Shown: piece by piece, positions 1 through 11,485 of the stretch
How the letters are laid out: each line of letters begins with the position of its first letter
Position numbering within the stretch: position 1 is the first letter of the stretch
Source of the DNA: Octopus vulgaris
Lineage: Eukaryota
NCBI GenBank assembly: GCA_951406725.2
Contig: OX597825.1
Coordinates: forward strand, 33,728,001 to 33,792,000
Length of the DNA: 64,000 nt
Reading direction: 5' to 3'
Notes under the pieces: generated by a model
What the model was told of the DNA's origin: nothing
What the model saw: only the letters and a program-made list of their open reading frames with translations
The model's database searches: none
Made by a program: the position numbers and the translations under genes

Positions 1-71
1 TGCGGAAGGGTCTATTACATCTTGACTATTCAGAAATATTTATTAAAGGGGATAAATTAATCCCTCACCGT

Positions 72-74
<3 letters not shown>

Positions 75-134
<60 letters not shown>

Positions 135-150
135 ACACACACATACACAC
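75..150. repeat. (CA)n microsatellite
   Basis: Direct. Similar tracts at 777-851, 14500-14597 and 54401-54484. Confidence 0.95.
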
Positions 151-345
151 ACGCATCACATCATGTAACTTTTGCAAGAATTTCAAGCTAGAGTTTCTGA
201 TTTGAGGATAGCTTTCTCCCTTCACTTTATCACTTTCGAAGCTCGTGGGCGTCACCCTATTTTCACTGATTAAGACTAAAACTTCGAATAAAAAAGAAAC
301 AAAAAAAATCTGACAAACTAATTAAGAAATAATTTTCCCTTTTAC

Positions 346-490
346 CTGACAAGAAAATCTGACTTTCGCACTGTCTTTAAAGGTTCTCCATCGATTACTT
401 GGTGGGTAATGAGTCGACAAGAGGTGCCATTGGTCTGGGAAGTATTGACAAAACAGCCGATCGAATTCTCCATGCCATACCATCTCCATA
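346..490 (-). CDS. Internal coding exon of a zf-3CxxC (RTP-like) gene; gene continues left of this exon
   Basis: Minus strand: polypyrimidine acceptor TTTTTTCATTTTATTTTCTTAG and donor CAG|GTAAAA. 145 nt = 1 nt + MEMVWHGEFDRLFCQYFPDQWHLLSTHYPPSNRWRTFKDSAKVRFSCQ. The W...F...W.L...W...A..RF.C pattern leading into the first CxxC is typical of zf-3CxxC/RTP proteins. Confidence 0.8.
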
Positions 491-775
491 CTAAGAAAAT
501 AAAATGAAAAAATGTTTCCATATTCTTTCGTTGCAGATCGAAAAGAAATATTTTAAATGAAAGTAAAACATCTCAGTTTTAAACTGTTATCAATATCACT
601 TCCACCTGTTACGTTTGTGGTCATGTGGAGTGACAGCGTGGGAGCAGTGGCAATGGCAAGTTAGAGATGTTTAGACACACATGAGTTTGCATACATGTAT
701 ACATATATGTGAACACAAACGCCTGATTTCGTCCAGTAAAGAAACCGCGTAATTCTTATTACGTTACAACCCATA

Positions 776-852
<77 letters not shown>

Positions 853-2606
853 ATTCTATATAAATATTGATTTCTAAAAAGTTTCAGCCTCTGATTTAAA
901 GCATTCATATGAAAAGAGATTAAATAAGATCGTTCGACATTTCTGCATTTTATTTTTCTCTTCTTCCATGTGTATTATGAAAAACATTCAAATTAATTTT
1001 CTACAACAGACCTCAAGAGACAAAGATATGATAAAGATTGTTAAGTAACGATTTTCGAAGCAAGACTGAACATCATTACCATTTAACTTTACTTTTAGAT
1101 TTTCGAAGTGCAATGTTACCAAGCACAAAAAGTGAATGTACGTATTGCCCAACAGAGGGTAGTGTTGTTGGCAAAATATAATGGCGACCGGAAGTCAACC
1201 TATTATAGCTGCAGCAATATACTAACAAAATTTCATTACTAAATGTACTTTGCAAATGTGTTATCGTATATAAGTGTATTTATCTGTTTATAGGTTTGTA
1301 CAAATAAATGAAGTGAAGTGAGAGCTTAAGCATACTGGGTAAAACAAAAACAGGGACACTTTACACAAATATGTAGTGTCTTAGTTGGTAATGTATATCC
1401 TCGGTATTAATAACATACGGTTAACGACCTTAACACCTGTTCAGCATTGAAACGTAATCTGTACTAAAGTAATGTAACCCTAAAGTTTCATGTTGCCTTG
1501 AAACTATTGCAATCCACTCCATTGAACTAGAAATACATATTCAACATGTTACAAAATTTAAGAAAAGAAAAACATTTTCCAATGTTCCCAAGACAAACTT
1601 TGCCAATTATTTCAGAGGCAGTTTGAAGAGTTTAGATTATGACAGTATCGAACATAAATATAGTAGGTTTGACTACATCCAGTATTTTCAACATCAGAAA
1701 CAACCACAGTAGGGTTAAAACGACGAATAGTAACCGACGACACTTAGGAAATCAGTAACATTTTCGAGTTATCTCCCCTAAGATAGTGTGTACCCATGAC
1801 AGCTAACTTTATAAGGGATTCAATCACTTCCAATTTAAGTTGAGGCATATTTCAAAATTTGGAATTTACATAAGAGTTAAGAAGGTGTATAGAGCATATA
1901 CATATAATTCATATGCATATAATTTTATCCCTACATATTACAACGTTATTGGTAGCCACGTATAACACTATTCCACCTTCCTTTAGAGTTATCAGCATAG
2001 AATGACTTGAGACAAATAAATTCTACATTTTACGAAGTCACGCATTTCTTATGGAGAGAAGACAGCTTATAGCTTAAAAGGATTTCTTGATTTCCTTTTT
2101 TGGATCCTAGATCATTAATTGCTCAGCAATAAAGGAAACAGAGAGAGCGGATTTATAGCTTATGTTTTCCTCCTTGTATTTAAAACAGGCATGGGCAACC
2201 TTTTTCGAGAAGTGGACCACATGAGACATGGCTCACCACCAGGCGGGCCGCAACATTAAATACAAATTCAAGATAATTTTTCGTTAAGCACGCCATTCTG
2301 AAAGTCACGCAGACTACGGTTTGCACATGAGTGACTGCGGTTAATTTTCATTTTGAAAACATTGGGAAAAATCAGTCTCACCTTAATGCTTAAATGACTC
2401 AGTCAGCACCTCCTCATAATGCGAAGCTATCCCATTGCACAGAAATTTTCAGCTTTACTGAAGCTTTCACTTTTGTCGACGCAATATTATACGTATACAT
2501 ACGCAGTACGTGTACCTACGTAATATATTATCATCAAGTGTCTCTCCCTGTTAAACAGCAAATAATCCATGCCAGTTCTGTGTGCGAATAGATGTGTGAA
2601 TGTTTA

Positions 2607-2785
2607 CAGTTCTATTTTTGAGAGATGAGGAATAATGTACATTATTTACATTATTTACATTTGACGGATATTTGTCCTCATCTTGAATAATAATAATAAT
2701 AATAACATCGAAAAATACTTTAGGAATGAGAACCCAGGTTCAAAATTTCCCCAAGACACCTGATGAAGGCTATAGCGTATATAAC
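2607..2785. mobile_element. Rearranged (inverted) terminal fragment of Penelope-like family E
   Basis: 2607-2686 is the minus-strand GATGAGGACAAATATCCGTCAAATG block. It is followed by (AAT)n and the plus-strand CATCGAAAAATAC...GACACCTGATGAAGGCT block. The same blocks occur at 22670-22830, 23541-23717 and 39790-39880. Confidence 0.65.
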
Positions 2786-3184
2786 TCAGTTGTAACAGAC
2801 CCTACACACTTTTAGTATTGGTGTGTATTGAATAATTAACCATTTTTGCATGATAATACAAAAAATTAGTGTGCGTGTGTGTATGTATGTGTGTGTGCAC
2901 GTGCATTCTGTGTGCATGTGTATGTATCCATACACATACATATACATACCTACACACATATGAATACATATATATATATATATATATATACATAAACAAA
3001 TACATACACATGCATATACATTGATATATACATGCATACATACATTTCTACCACTATTTCTTCAATATCGGATAATGAATACAGCAGGCTCCGAGAGAGG
3101 ATTGGAACTGTTTCCTCTGATGAAGCCTGTAACAAGTAACATGAAACTTGTAATTGGTATAACACTAGGATAAAGAAAAGATTA

Positions 3185-3641
3185 GCTTCAAATTTTGGCA
3201 CAAGGCCAGAAATTTAAGGGGACGGAATAAGTCGACTACATCGGTTCCAGTACTCAACTGGTACTTATTTTATCGACTCCGAAAAGATAAAAGGCAAAGT
3301 CGACCTCGACGGAGTTTGGAACCCAGGACGTAAAGATGGAAGAAACGCCGCTTAGCATTTTACCCGACGTATTAATGATTCTGCCAGCTCACCACCTTTT
3401 TACCCCAAAGGCGGTAAGCTGGCAGAAACGTTAGCACGCCGGGCGAAATGCTTTGCGGTATTTCGTCTGCTACGTTCTGAGTTCAAATTCCGCCGAGGTC
3501 GACTTTGCCTTTCAGGGTCGATTAAATAAGTACCAGTTACGCACTGGGGTCGATATAATCGACTTAATCCGTTTGTCTGTCCTTGTTTGTCCTCTCTGTG
3601 TTTAGCCCCTTGTGGGTAGTAAAGAAATAAGTATTTCGTCC
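3185..3641. mobile_element. Head-to-head pair of SINE family A (minus 3185-3397, plus 3408-3641)
   Basis: Head AGGCGG.GAGCTGGCAGAA.CGTTAGC, B-box-like GAGTTCAAATTCC, and core GACTTTGCCTTTCATCCTTTCGGGGTCGATAAA.TAAGTACCAG (resembles the Meta/MESC SINE core, from memory). More than 15 copies in the window. Confidence 0.85.
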
Positions 3642-3819
3642 ATAATAGGCATGACCTTTACTGTTCGCATGCTCCAAATTCTTCCTATTTCAAACTTTAA
3701 GGGATTGTACTTTCTTTGTTTTTCTTCCTCTTTCTTTACGATCCTGGAATCAAACGGGCATGATGGGTCGATAAGTATGCAACTTGGTTTTTCTTTATCT
3801 ATGATTGAAATATTTGGTC

Positions 3820-3820
<1 letters not shown>
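3642..3820 (-). mobile_element. R4/Dong-clade LINE fragment (restriction-like endonuclease domain)
   Basis: RPNISIIDKEKPSCILIDPSCPFDSRIVKKEEEKQRKYNPLKFEIGRIW (RPD..D..K..KY pattern), adjoining (TTA)n at 3821-3913. Confidence 0.8.
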
Positions 3821-3906
<86 letters not shown>

Positions 3907-3914
3907 TATTACTA

Positions 3915-4675
3915 AGGCAGCGAGCTGGCAGAATCGTTAGCACGCCGGTTAAAATGCTTAGCGGTATTTCGCCCGTTGCTACGTTCTGAGTTCAAATTCC
4001 GCCGAGGTCGACTTTGCCTTTCATCCTTTCAGGGTCAATAATTTAAGTACCAGTTGCGTACTGGGGTCGATCTAATAGACCGGCCCCCACCCCAAAAATT
4101 TCGGGCCTTGTGCCTAGAGTAGAAAAAAATATTGTAATAAGCAAAGTTCCAATAATAAAACAATTTAAAGCAAATAAAATCTATTGTTACGGGAATTATT
4201 TTAACGAAACGAAAGAAATATTCTTTTCCACTCTAGGCACAAGGTCTGAAATTTTGGAGGAGGAGGGTAGTCGATTGATCGATCCCAGTACGCAACTGGT
4301 ACTTAATTTATCGATCCCAAAATGATGAAAGGCAAAGTCGACCTCGGCGGAATTTGAACTCAGAACATAATAATGGACGAAATACCTATTTCTTTACTAC
4401 CCACAAGGGGCTAAACACAAAGAGGACAAACAAGGAAAGACAGACGGATTAAGTCGATTATATCGATCCCAGTACGTAACTGGTACTTATTTAATCGACC
4501 CCGAAAAGATGAAAGGCAAAGTCAACCTCGGCGGAATTTGAACTCAGAACGTAACGTTAGACGAAATACTATTTCTATTTCTTTACTACCCACAAGGGGC
4601 TAAACACAGAGAGAACAAACAAGGACAGACAAACGGATTAAGTCGATTATATCGACCCCAGTGCGTAACTGGTTC
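3915..4675. mobile_element. SINE A plus copy (3915-4130) and minus-strand tandem trimer (4215-4675)
   Basis: Repeated core, with unit junctions at GTAAAGAAATAGGTATTTCGTC. Confidence 0.85.
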
Positions 4676-5019
4676 TTAGCCTCTCTTTTCCCCACGATCA
4701 ATCCACCACAGAGTTGCAATACTTTAGAATTACTCCCATTTTTATGTTTTTACTGCAGAATTTATAAAAATTTAAAAAAAACACCAACTACTTCGATTAC
4801 GTTAGTGTCCATGAACTTCCAGAGACATATAGCTGCTCCGACCTTCAGTCATAATTAATTAACGTAAAAAGAAATGTGGAGAAGCTAATCTCAGGGCCAT
4901 ATTTATGAATGATGGGAGGCAGGAGGCTAAATTGAATGCTAGAATGGAAGGCATCGGTACAGTAATGCTTCAGCTTCAGCTTTTAATCCCTAGAAAAGAA
5001 GACGTTGCTAAAAAAAAGA

Positions 5020-5242
5020 AGCTAAACTTGCTATCTTCATTTCGGTTTTAGTGTCTATCCTTACTTCTGGTCATGACTGTTGTGGGTAATGGCCGAAAAA
5101 TACGATCGCGAATACAAGCATCGGAATGAGGTTCCTTCGATTGATTACTGGGGTAAGTTACCTGACAGGATGCGTAGCTCGGAATCGGGGAGTCTTTTCA
5201 GGTCGAGCAGCTATTTCTCCACATTGAGATGTCACAGTTCCG
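5020..5242 (+). mobile_element. Degenerate RTE-type LINE fragment
   Basis: Frameshifted translation KLAIF.S...ILT.G...MRFLR.I.G..DRMRSS...LHIEMSQFRFYGHV, typical of the RTE ORF C-terminus. Confidence 0.6.
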
Positions 5243-5279
5243 CTTCTACGGACATGTGATTTCAATCCTTTGAAATATA

Positions 5280-5493
5280 TTGGTTTCAAATTTTGGCACA
5301 AGGACAGCAATTTCAGAGTAAGTTGATTATATCGACCCCAGTGCGTAACTGGTACTTATTTTAATCAACTCCGAAAGGATGAAAGGACAAAGTCAACCGC
5401 GGCGGAGAATTTGAACTCAGAACATAGCGGCAGACGAAAAATCTCGAAGCATTTTGCCCGAAGTGTTAACGATTCTGCCAGCTCGCCGCCTTA
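5280..5493 (-). mobile_element. SINE family A
   Basis: Reverse complement of head and core. Further single copies at 10810-11012(-), 12620-12842(+), 13765-13975(+), 29725-29945(-), 30635-30822(+), 31137-31352(+) and 33663-33875(-). Confidence 0.85.
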
Positions 5494-5530
5494 ATCCTTT
5501 GAAATAATTTGAAATATGTACTTCACTTAC

Positions 5531-5593
5531 CTTGAAGATGGAATACTGATAGGTGAAGCATTTGTATTAATATTATCAACACACAGGTATACT
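5531..5593 (-). CDS. Upstream 63-nt coding exon of the same RTP-like gene
   Basis: Strong acceptor CTTTTTCTTTTTTTCTTTTTACAATTTCAG and perfect donor AAG|GTAAGT. Reads VYLCVDNINTNASPISIPSS + AG, whose phase matches the leading T of exon 346-490 (AG|T = Ser) with no stop. Confidence 0.7.
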
Positions 5594-6053
5594 CTGAAAT
5601 TGTAAAAAGAAAAAAAGAAAAAGGTTATCGACATTATAATTACGCATATATGTTCAAGTATGATTTTTCTCTCTATTTCCATATTTTTCTCGGATTGTTC
5701 TTATATTAAGTCAATTTCTTCAAGAAACTTCATGCCTATAGGCATTCTCACTTGCATACATGCATTTAATTATAACGGAGAGAGAAGCAGTTAAAGCATC
5801 TCCAAGCAAACATGATGAGCAAGCAGAAATGTTAGCACGTCGGACATGATGCTTAGCAGGCAAAATCGTTAGCACGAAGAATAAAAAGCTTTGCGATCTT
5901 CATTTCGGTTTTTTTACGTTACTCAAATCCCCTGGTCATGACTGTTGTGGGTAATGGCCGATAAAATACGATCGCGTACTAGTCCAGTACTGTGGCCAAT
6001 GTAATCGACTTGTCCCCACCCTTCAAAATATTGGTCACTTCTACGTCATGGAA

Positions 6054-6317
6054 GTGGAGGCTCGTGGCTTAGTGGTTAGGGTGTCAGCATCATGATCGTA
6101 AGATTGTGGTTTCGATTCCTGGACCGGGCGACGCGTTGTGTTCTTGAGCAAAACACTTCATTTCACGTTGCTCCAGTCCACTCAGCTAGCAAAAATGAGT
6201 AACGCTGCGATGGACTGGCGTCCCGTCCAGCTGGGGAAACCGGGAAGCCATAGAAACCGGGAAACTGGGCCCATGAGCCTGGCTAGGCTTTAAAAGGGCG
6301 CATTTATTTTATTTTTA
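6054..6317 (+). mobile_element. tRNA-derived SINE family C (V-domain-like) with TSD
   Basis: A-box TGGCTTAGTGG, B-box GTTTCGATTCC, CTGCGATGGACTGGCGTCCCGTCCAG (V-SINE-like core), (TTTA) tail. 12-bp TSD TACGTCATGGAA / TACATCATGGAA. Confidence 0.85.
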
Positions 6318-6836
6318 TACATCATGGAAACCAGGTAACTGGTCTTATGAGTACCAGGGTTTAAGAGAAATATGTGACGAAAGCTACAGTAACCTTCCTA
6401 GTCAGTTTAAAATGAATAGTAGAATTCTTAATGACTCCAAACTGGATGACTTCATAAGAATGTAATTTTTATGGCCTATTTTGATTTTTAATGTTATGGT
6501 CATCCTTTTTCCAATCAAATCGTAAAATCGGTTTTTCATTGGGAGATCTCAATGTTTAAATTTATTAATTTATTTGTCACTATTCTATTTTAAAAAAAGC
6601 ACATATGTGAAGATTCATGTTAGGTTTATTGAATGATAATAAAGAAAGCTACTTATTAATTAGATTGGAGTGTATAACTTTTCACTAAATAAAAGCAATT
6701 ATTAAAATCTACACCGTCAAAAAGATTCTTAAAAATTCAGATTTCAATATATTTTTATAACAATGTGGTTTTGAATATTTTATTTATTATTTGAAGATTT
6801 ATTATTTATTATTGAAGATTTTTATATATGAATAAT

Positions 6837-6911
<75 letters not shown>

Positions 6912-6941
6912 CACGCACGCACACACACACACACATACACA

Positions 6942-7157
6942 TGATGGGGTGGTGAAAAGTGCCAGGTTTTGAGTAAAGGAAAATTCAGGAGGATCAGTTA
7001 ATTATGATTGTATTCAACATATTCCCCTCTCAGATTCACACACTTATTGCAGCGGTCTTTCAGTTTTACTAAGCCCTGTAAAAGAACTCGGAAGGTTGGG
7101 CCTCCAACAAGACCTTTAGCGATACTCTTAAAGTCAGGAACTTTTCAGCACCCATCA
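6942..7157. mobile_element. Mariner-derived MITE (~215 bp)
   Basis: Imperfect ~30-bp TIRs (TGATGGGGTGGTGAAAAGTGCCAGG vs TGATGGGTGCTGAAAAGTTCCTGAC). Internal minus-strand remnant ...KDRCNKCVNLRGEYVE of a mariner C-terminus. Confidence 0.75.
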
Positions 7158-7277
7158 GGAAAGGCGAAGGCGGCATAATGCACCCTTTATTCCTTCGGAA
7201 TTAGGAATATGCAGTCTTCGAAACGTATGTCGAGAATAAAGGAATTTTGTTAAATCGTCGTTCAACTCCATTCTTTC

Positions 7278-7342
<65 letters not shown>

Positions 7343-7394
7343 GTACTTGTTTCAGTCATTTGACTGCGGCCATGCTGAGCACCGCCTTTAGAGT

Positions 7395-7555
7395 GGTGAA
7401 AGAGACAGCGGGATCACCACCACCATCCCTGCCGGAGCCTCGTGGAGCTTTTAGGTGTTTTCGCACAATAAACACACACAACGCCCGGTCTGGGAATCGA
7501 AACCGCGATCCTCCGACCGCAAGTCCGCTGCCCTAACCACTAGGCCATTGCGCCT

Positions 7556-7558
<3 letters not shown>
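7395..7558 (-). mobile_element. tRNA-derived SINE head (family C variant)
   Basis: Reverse complement of GGAGGCGCAATGGCCTAGTGGTTAGGGCAGCGGAC...GGTTTCGATTCCC. Same head as 18301-18570(+). Confidence 0.75.
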
Positions 7559-7609
<51 letters not shown>

Positions 7610-7645
7610 ATGTGTGTGTGTGTGTAGGTATGTATGTAGGTAGGT

Positions 7646-7984
7646 AGCAGAAGTAGTGGGGGAACATCATAGGCATGTGTGGAGAGGAATTCTTTGGGGG
7701 TTTGGCTAATTCACATCTAGAAACATGGGTGTTTTGTACAACATCCTTAAACTAAACTTTTCAATGGAACCTTTCGAGCAGGATGGGCTACTCGACCCAA
7801 AGAAAATTCTAAGTGCAAGGTTATGCATTGTTTATCTTGATATGAGATCACCATGTCGCATACATGTGGTTGTGATGCATGTGCCTAATGTACTCTTATC
7901 AGACGGGGTAGTCATGATGGGTATACTGGGCTTCTTATATTTTACCGCAGTGTCACTTTGATGCCATGCACTGCTCTCCCACAC
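7646..7984 (+). mobile_element. Non-coding (AAT)n-tailed retroposon, family D
   Basis: Four copies: 7646-7984(+), 11054-11485(+), 12900-13294(-) and 22962-23420(-). They share the 3' end GCATGCACTGCTCTC next to (AAT)n/(TAC)n tracts and have variable 5' ends. Confidence 0.75.
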
Positions 7985-8024
<40 letters not shown>

Positions 8025-8026
8025 GT

Positions 8027-8778
8027 TACGGCGGACACCCCCAAGTGAGAAGTGGGCTGTTCCGCTACTGACAAATTATGGACAGACACAACAAGCAGTG
8101 TTAGTCGGCGAGATACGCCGTACGGGCCAGTCACGCAGACGACGAAGTTACGTTGTCATAATGCGGGAGATATCAGTGGCAACTAGGAGTCGAACTAAAC
8201 GCAGAGGCAGATAAGACTCAACACACACGGACCGTGTAAGAAGATACGAAAAAAAAAAAAACACGCAGTGAAAAATAATACACACACACAATGCAAAATA
8301 TATAAATTCTATTGAAAAAAGATTCTGAAGACATAGAACTGAACTACGCACAGTGAAAAATTATATAATTCCTTGTGAAAGATTTAAGTCAGGTCGCTAT
8401 ATATTAGTAGCGCTACCGGCAAAGAATGTAGACTGGTACTACCTGCGGCATTTTGAATAAAAGAAAAAATAATATTATATAATAATAAGTCCGTGTGAAG
8501 GATTTAAGTCAGGTCGCTATGTGTTAGTAGGGCTACTGGTATACAATGTAGACTGGTACCCCCTGCGGCATTCTGAAGAAAAAAATAATGTTATGTGAAA
8601 GAAAAAGAAAATCTCAAAGAGGGAGATTTTGTGGCGGACACCTCCTAATGAGAAGTGGGCTGTTCCACTACTGATAAATATTGGACAGACACAGCAAGTA
8701 GTGTCAGTCGGCGAGGTACGCGGTACGGGCCAGTCACGCAGACGACGAAGTTACGTCGTCATAATGCGGGACATATCA
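8027..8778 (+). mobile_element. TRIM-like miniature LTR retrotransposon
   Basis: 149-bp direct repeats at 8027-8175 and 8630-8778 (about 16 mismatches by eye; TG...CA on the 3' LTR). PBS TGGCAACTAGGAGTCGAAC right after LTR1 and PPT AAAGAGGGAGA right before LTR2. No internal coding capacity. Confidence 0.85.
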
Positions 8779-8801
8779 AATAATAATAGTAGTATTAGTA
8801 T

Positions 8802-8879
<78 letters not shown>

Positions 8880-8898
8880 TAATAATAATAATGACGAT

Positions 8899-10761
8899 GA
8901 ATCTCTAAATGCTGGTGATGTAAAAATTTCATGTGGCATTTTCCAGGGTGACTCACTATCAACACTCCTCTTTTGTTTAGCCTTAATACCTCTCTCAAAA
9001 TTGCTCAATGACACACAGTACGGATATAAAATGTTGGATAAAAATATTAATCATCTCATTTACATGGATGATTTAAAGCTCTTTGCAAAAAATGACCAAC
9101 AACTCAAGGGCTTACTAACGATTGTTAAACAATTCAGTGATGACATCAGAATGCAATTTGGCCTTAATAAATGTGCAAAAGCTATTTTTATCAAAGTTAA
9201 AATGACAGAAACATCTAACGTTACCCCGACCAGCAGAATGTCATAAAAGAGTTACACCCAGCGGAGAGCTACAAGTAACTAGGGGTAATTGAAGGGGATG
9301 GAATAAGGCATTCAGTGATGAAGGAAAGGATCAGGAGAGAATGTTATCGCAGAGTAAGAGCAATAATCAAGACAGAGCTGAATGCGAGAAACAGGATCGA
9401 AACGATCTTACAGTTTCAATATCGTTAACCGGTCAATTACTGAAATATGTAATCTTGACAGAAAAATACGAAAACTGTTGACAAAGCATAGAATGCACCA
9501 CCCTAAGGCAGATATAGAACGACTTTATCTGCCAAGAAAAGAGGGAGGCCGTGGACTTTTACAAGATTGCTACAATTGGCCTAGACACCTACCTGAAAAA
9601 GTCTGAAGACTGGATGTTAAAACTTGTCTCAAAACATGAAAACAAGAAAGCATCATACTCATTAACAAAACAGGCAAAGGAATATCCAAGTGAGTTCTGA
9701 ATACAACGAATTTCGGAATTAGACATACAAGAAACAAGCACAAAAAAAGCTAAGCGCATGAAAACCCGTGCTAAAACTGCTGCCTTAGATATTCTGAATG
9801 ATAAATGGCAAGAAAAACCTCTCAATGGCAAATACCCAAAGAGAGCGAATAATGTAGATGTTGACAAAGCCCTGACCCATCAATGGCTAATGGCCTCTGG
9901 CTTAAAATCTGAAACAGAAGGGTTTGTCATAGCAGCTCAAGTTCAATGCCTACCAACAAGGAACTACCAGGTCAACATATTAAAGAACGGCAGTAGCCTA
10001 ACATGTCGTGTATGTCAACAATAAAATGAAACTATTGATCATGTTATCTCCAAGTGCAGTCTTCTTGCGCCTAAAGAGTATCTCAACAGGCATGATAGAG
10101 CTGCACAATATATTCACTGGGTAATTTGCAAAAGCCTGGACTTGCCCCATGATAAAAACTGGTGGGAACACAAACCACCTCCAGTGCTTGAAAATGACCA
10201 CATCTCACTCCTCTGGAACTTCACCATTCAAACTGACAGAAAGATAGATGCGAATAGGCTAGACATCATAGTAAAAGACTTCAGACAAAAAACATGCCTC
10301 CTCATTGATATGACTGTCCCAATCGATATAAACGTATCTATCAAGACCTACCAGAAACTGAGCAAATATAAGGATCTGGAAATAGAAATCAGCAAAATGT
10401 GGAACCTGAAGATTAAAACAATACCTGTTGTCATAGATGCCCTGGTAATGATAGCAAAAGGGGATGATTGCTACCTAGCTCAGATACCAGGAAACCCCAA
10501 AATGGCAGAAATTCAAAAGATAGTGCTCATGGGAACTGCTCAAATCCTACACAAAATACTTTCTATGTAATCTCAAGTTTTAAAACAAACATAATTTTCG
10601 TATGGTTTTTTAGCCATTCACTAGTACAACACTAAGTACAAAACCAAATATATGGCACACTAGGCATAACACCAGCACGAACTTCCAACTTGTTGTTTCA
10701 TGAGGTCTCTGGGTGAGACTTGGAGCCAGCTTGTGCAAATGTAAAGCAAAAGTCAAACATA

Positions 10762-10762
<1 letters not shown>
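8899..10762 (+). mobile_element. 5'-truncated R4/Dong-clade non-LTR retrotransposon (RT + CCHC + RLE pseudogene)
   Basis: GIFQGDSLS, YMDDLKL, LYLPRKEGGRGL, CRVC...ETIDHVISKC, RHD, RLDII..IDMTVP..KLSKY. Frameshifts and stops present. Flanked by (AAT)n on both sides, the known Dong target. Confidence 0.92.
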
Positions 10763-10810
<48 letters not shown>

Positions 10811-11485
10811 TTTTGCCACAAGGGAAGCTTGGAGGAGGTGGAGATGAGTCGATTTCATCAACCCCAGTATTCAACTGGTACTTATTTTATCGACCCTGAA
10901 AAGATGAAAGGCAAAGTCGACCTCGGCGGAATTTGGACTCAGAACGTAGCGACGGGCGAAATACCGCTAAGCATTTTATCCGGCGTACTAACTATTCTGC
11001 CAGCTCGCTGCGTTAGTAACAACAATAATAACAACAACAACAACAATAATAATTGCTCAATACCATAGATTTGCTTGTTAGTTGTTTGACCTTAACCAGC
11101 TGAGCATGTCCCTTAGTGGCTGACGATATGTGCATCTCTAATCATGAGCATCATAGTGGGGGAGCATCATAGCAGTGTGTTGAAAGGAATTCTTAGAGGT
11201 TTGAACAATTCACCTTTGGAAACTTGGGTGGTTCATTCAACATCCTTAAACAATCCTTATTTAAGGACCTTTTGAGCGGGATGGGTTACTCGACCAGAAG
11301 AAAATTCTAACTGGGCCCCACCTGCAAGGTCATGTGCTGTTTATCTTGATATGAGATCACCATGTCGCGCATATATGGTTGTGATGCATGTGCCTGGTGT
11401 ACTCTTATCAGACGGGTAGTCATGATGGGTATACTGGGCTTCGTATATTTTACCCCAGTGTCACTTTGACGGCATGCACTGCTCT

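Noticed and set aside
596-665. GC-richer patch as a possible extra exon of the RTP-like gene
   Set aside because: Weak donor (AG|GTGGAA) and no clear acceptor. The two supported exons already join in phase.
2186-2330. hAT-like start CAGGCATGGGCAAC (also 31415 and 25587-25600)
   Set aside because: Only one convincing terminus each and no TSD, so boundaries cannot be set.
3110-3172. CTGATGA...GAAAC hammerhead-like string (also 17444-17460, 7190-7235, 45095-45150)
   Set aside because: Stems II/III could not be paired convincingly or the core is incomplete.
4215-4675. CRISPR-like or regularly spaced repeat array
   Set aside because: Eukaryotic SINE concatemer with no unique spacers and no cas genes.
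6054-6130. tRNA genes (this and other tRNA-like heads)
   Set aside because: They lack proper acceptor stems and continue into SINE or PLE bodies.
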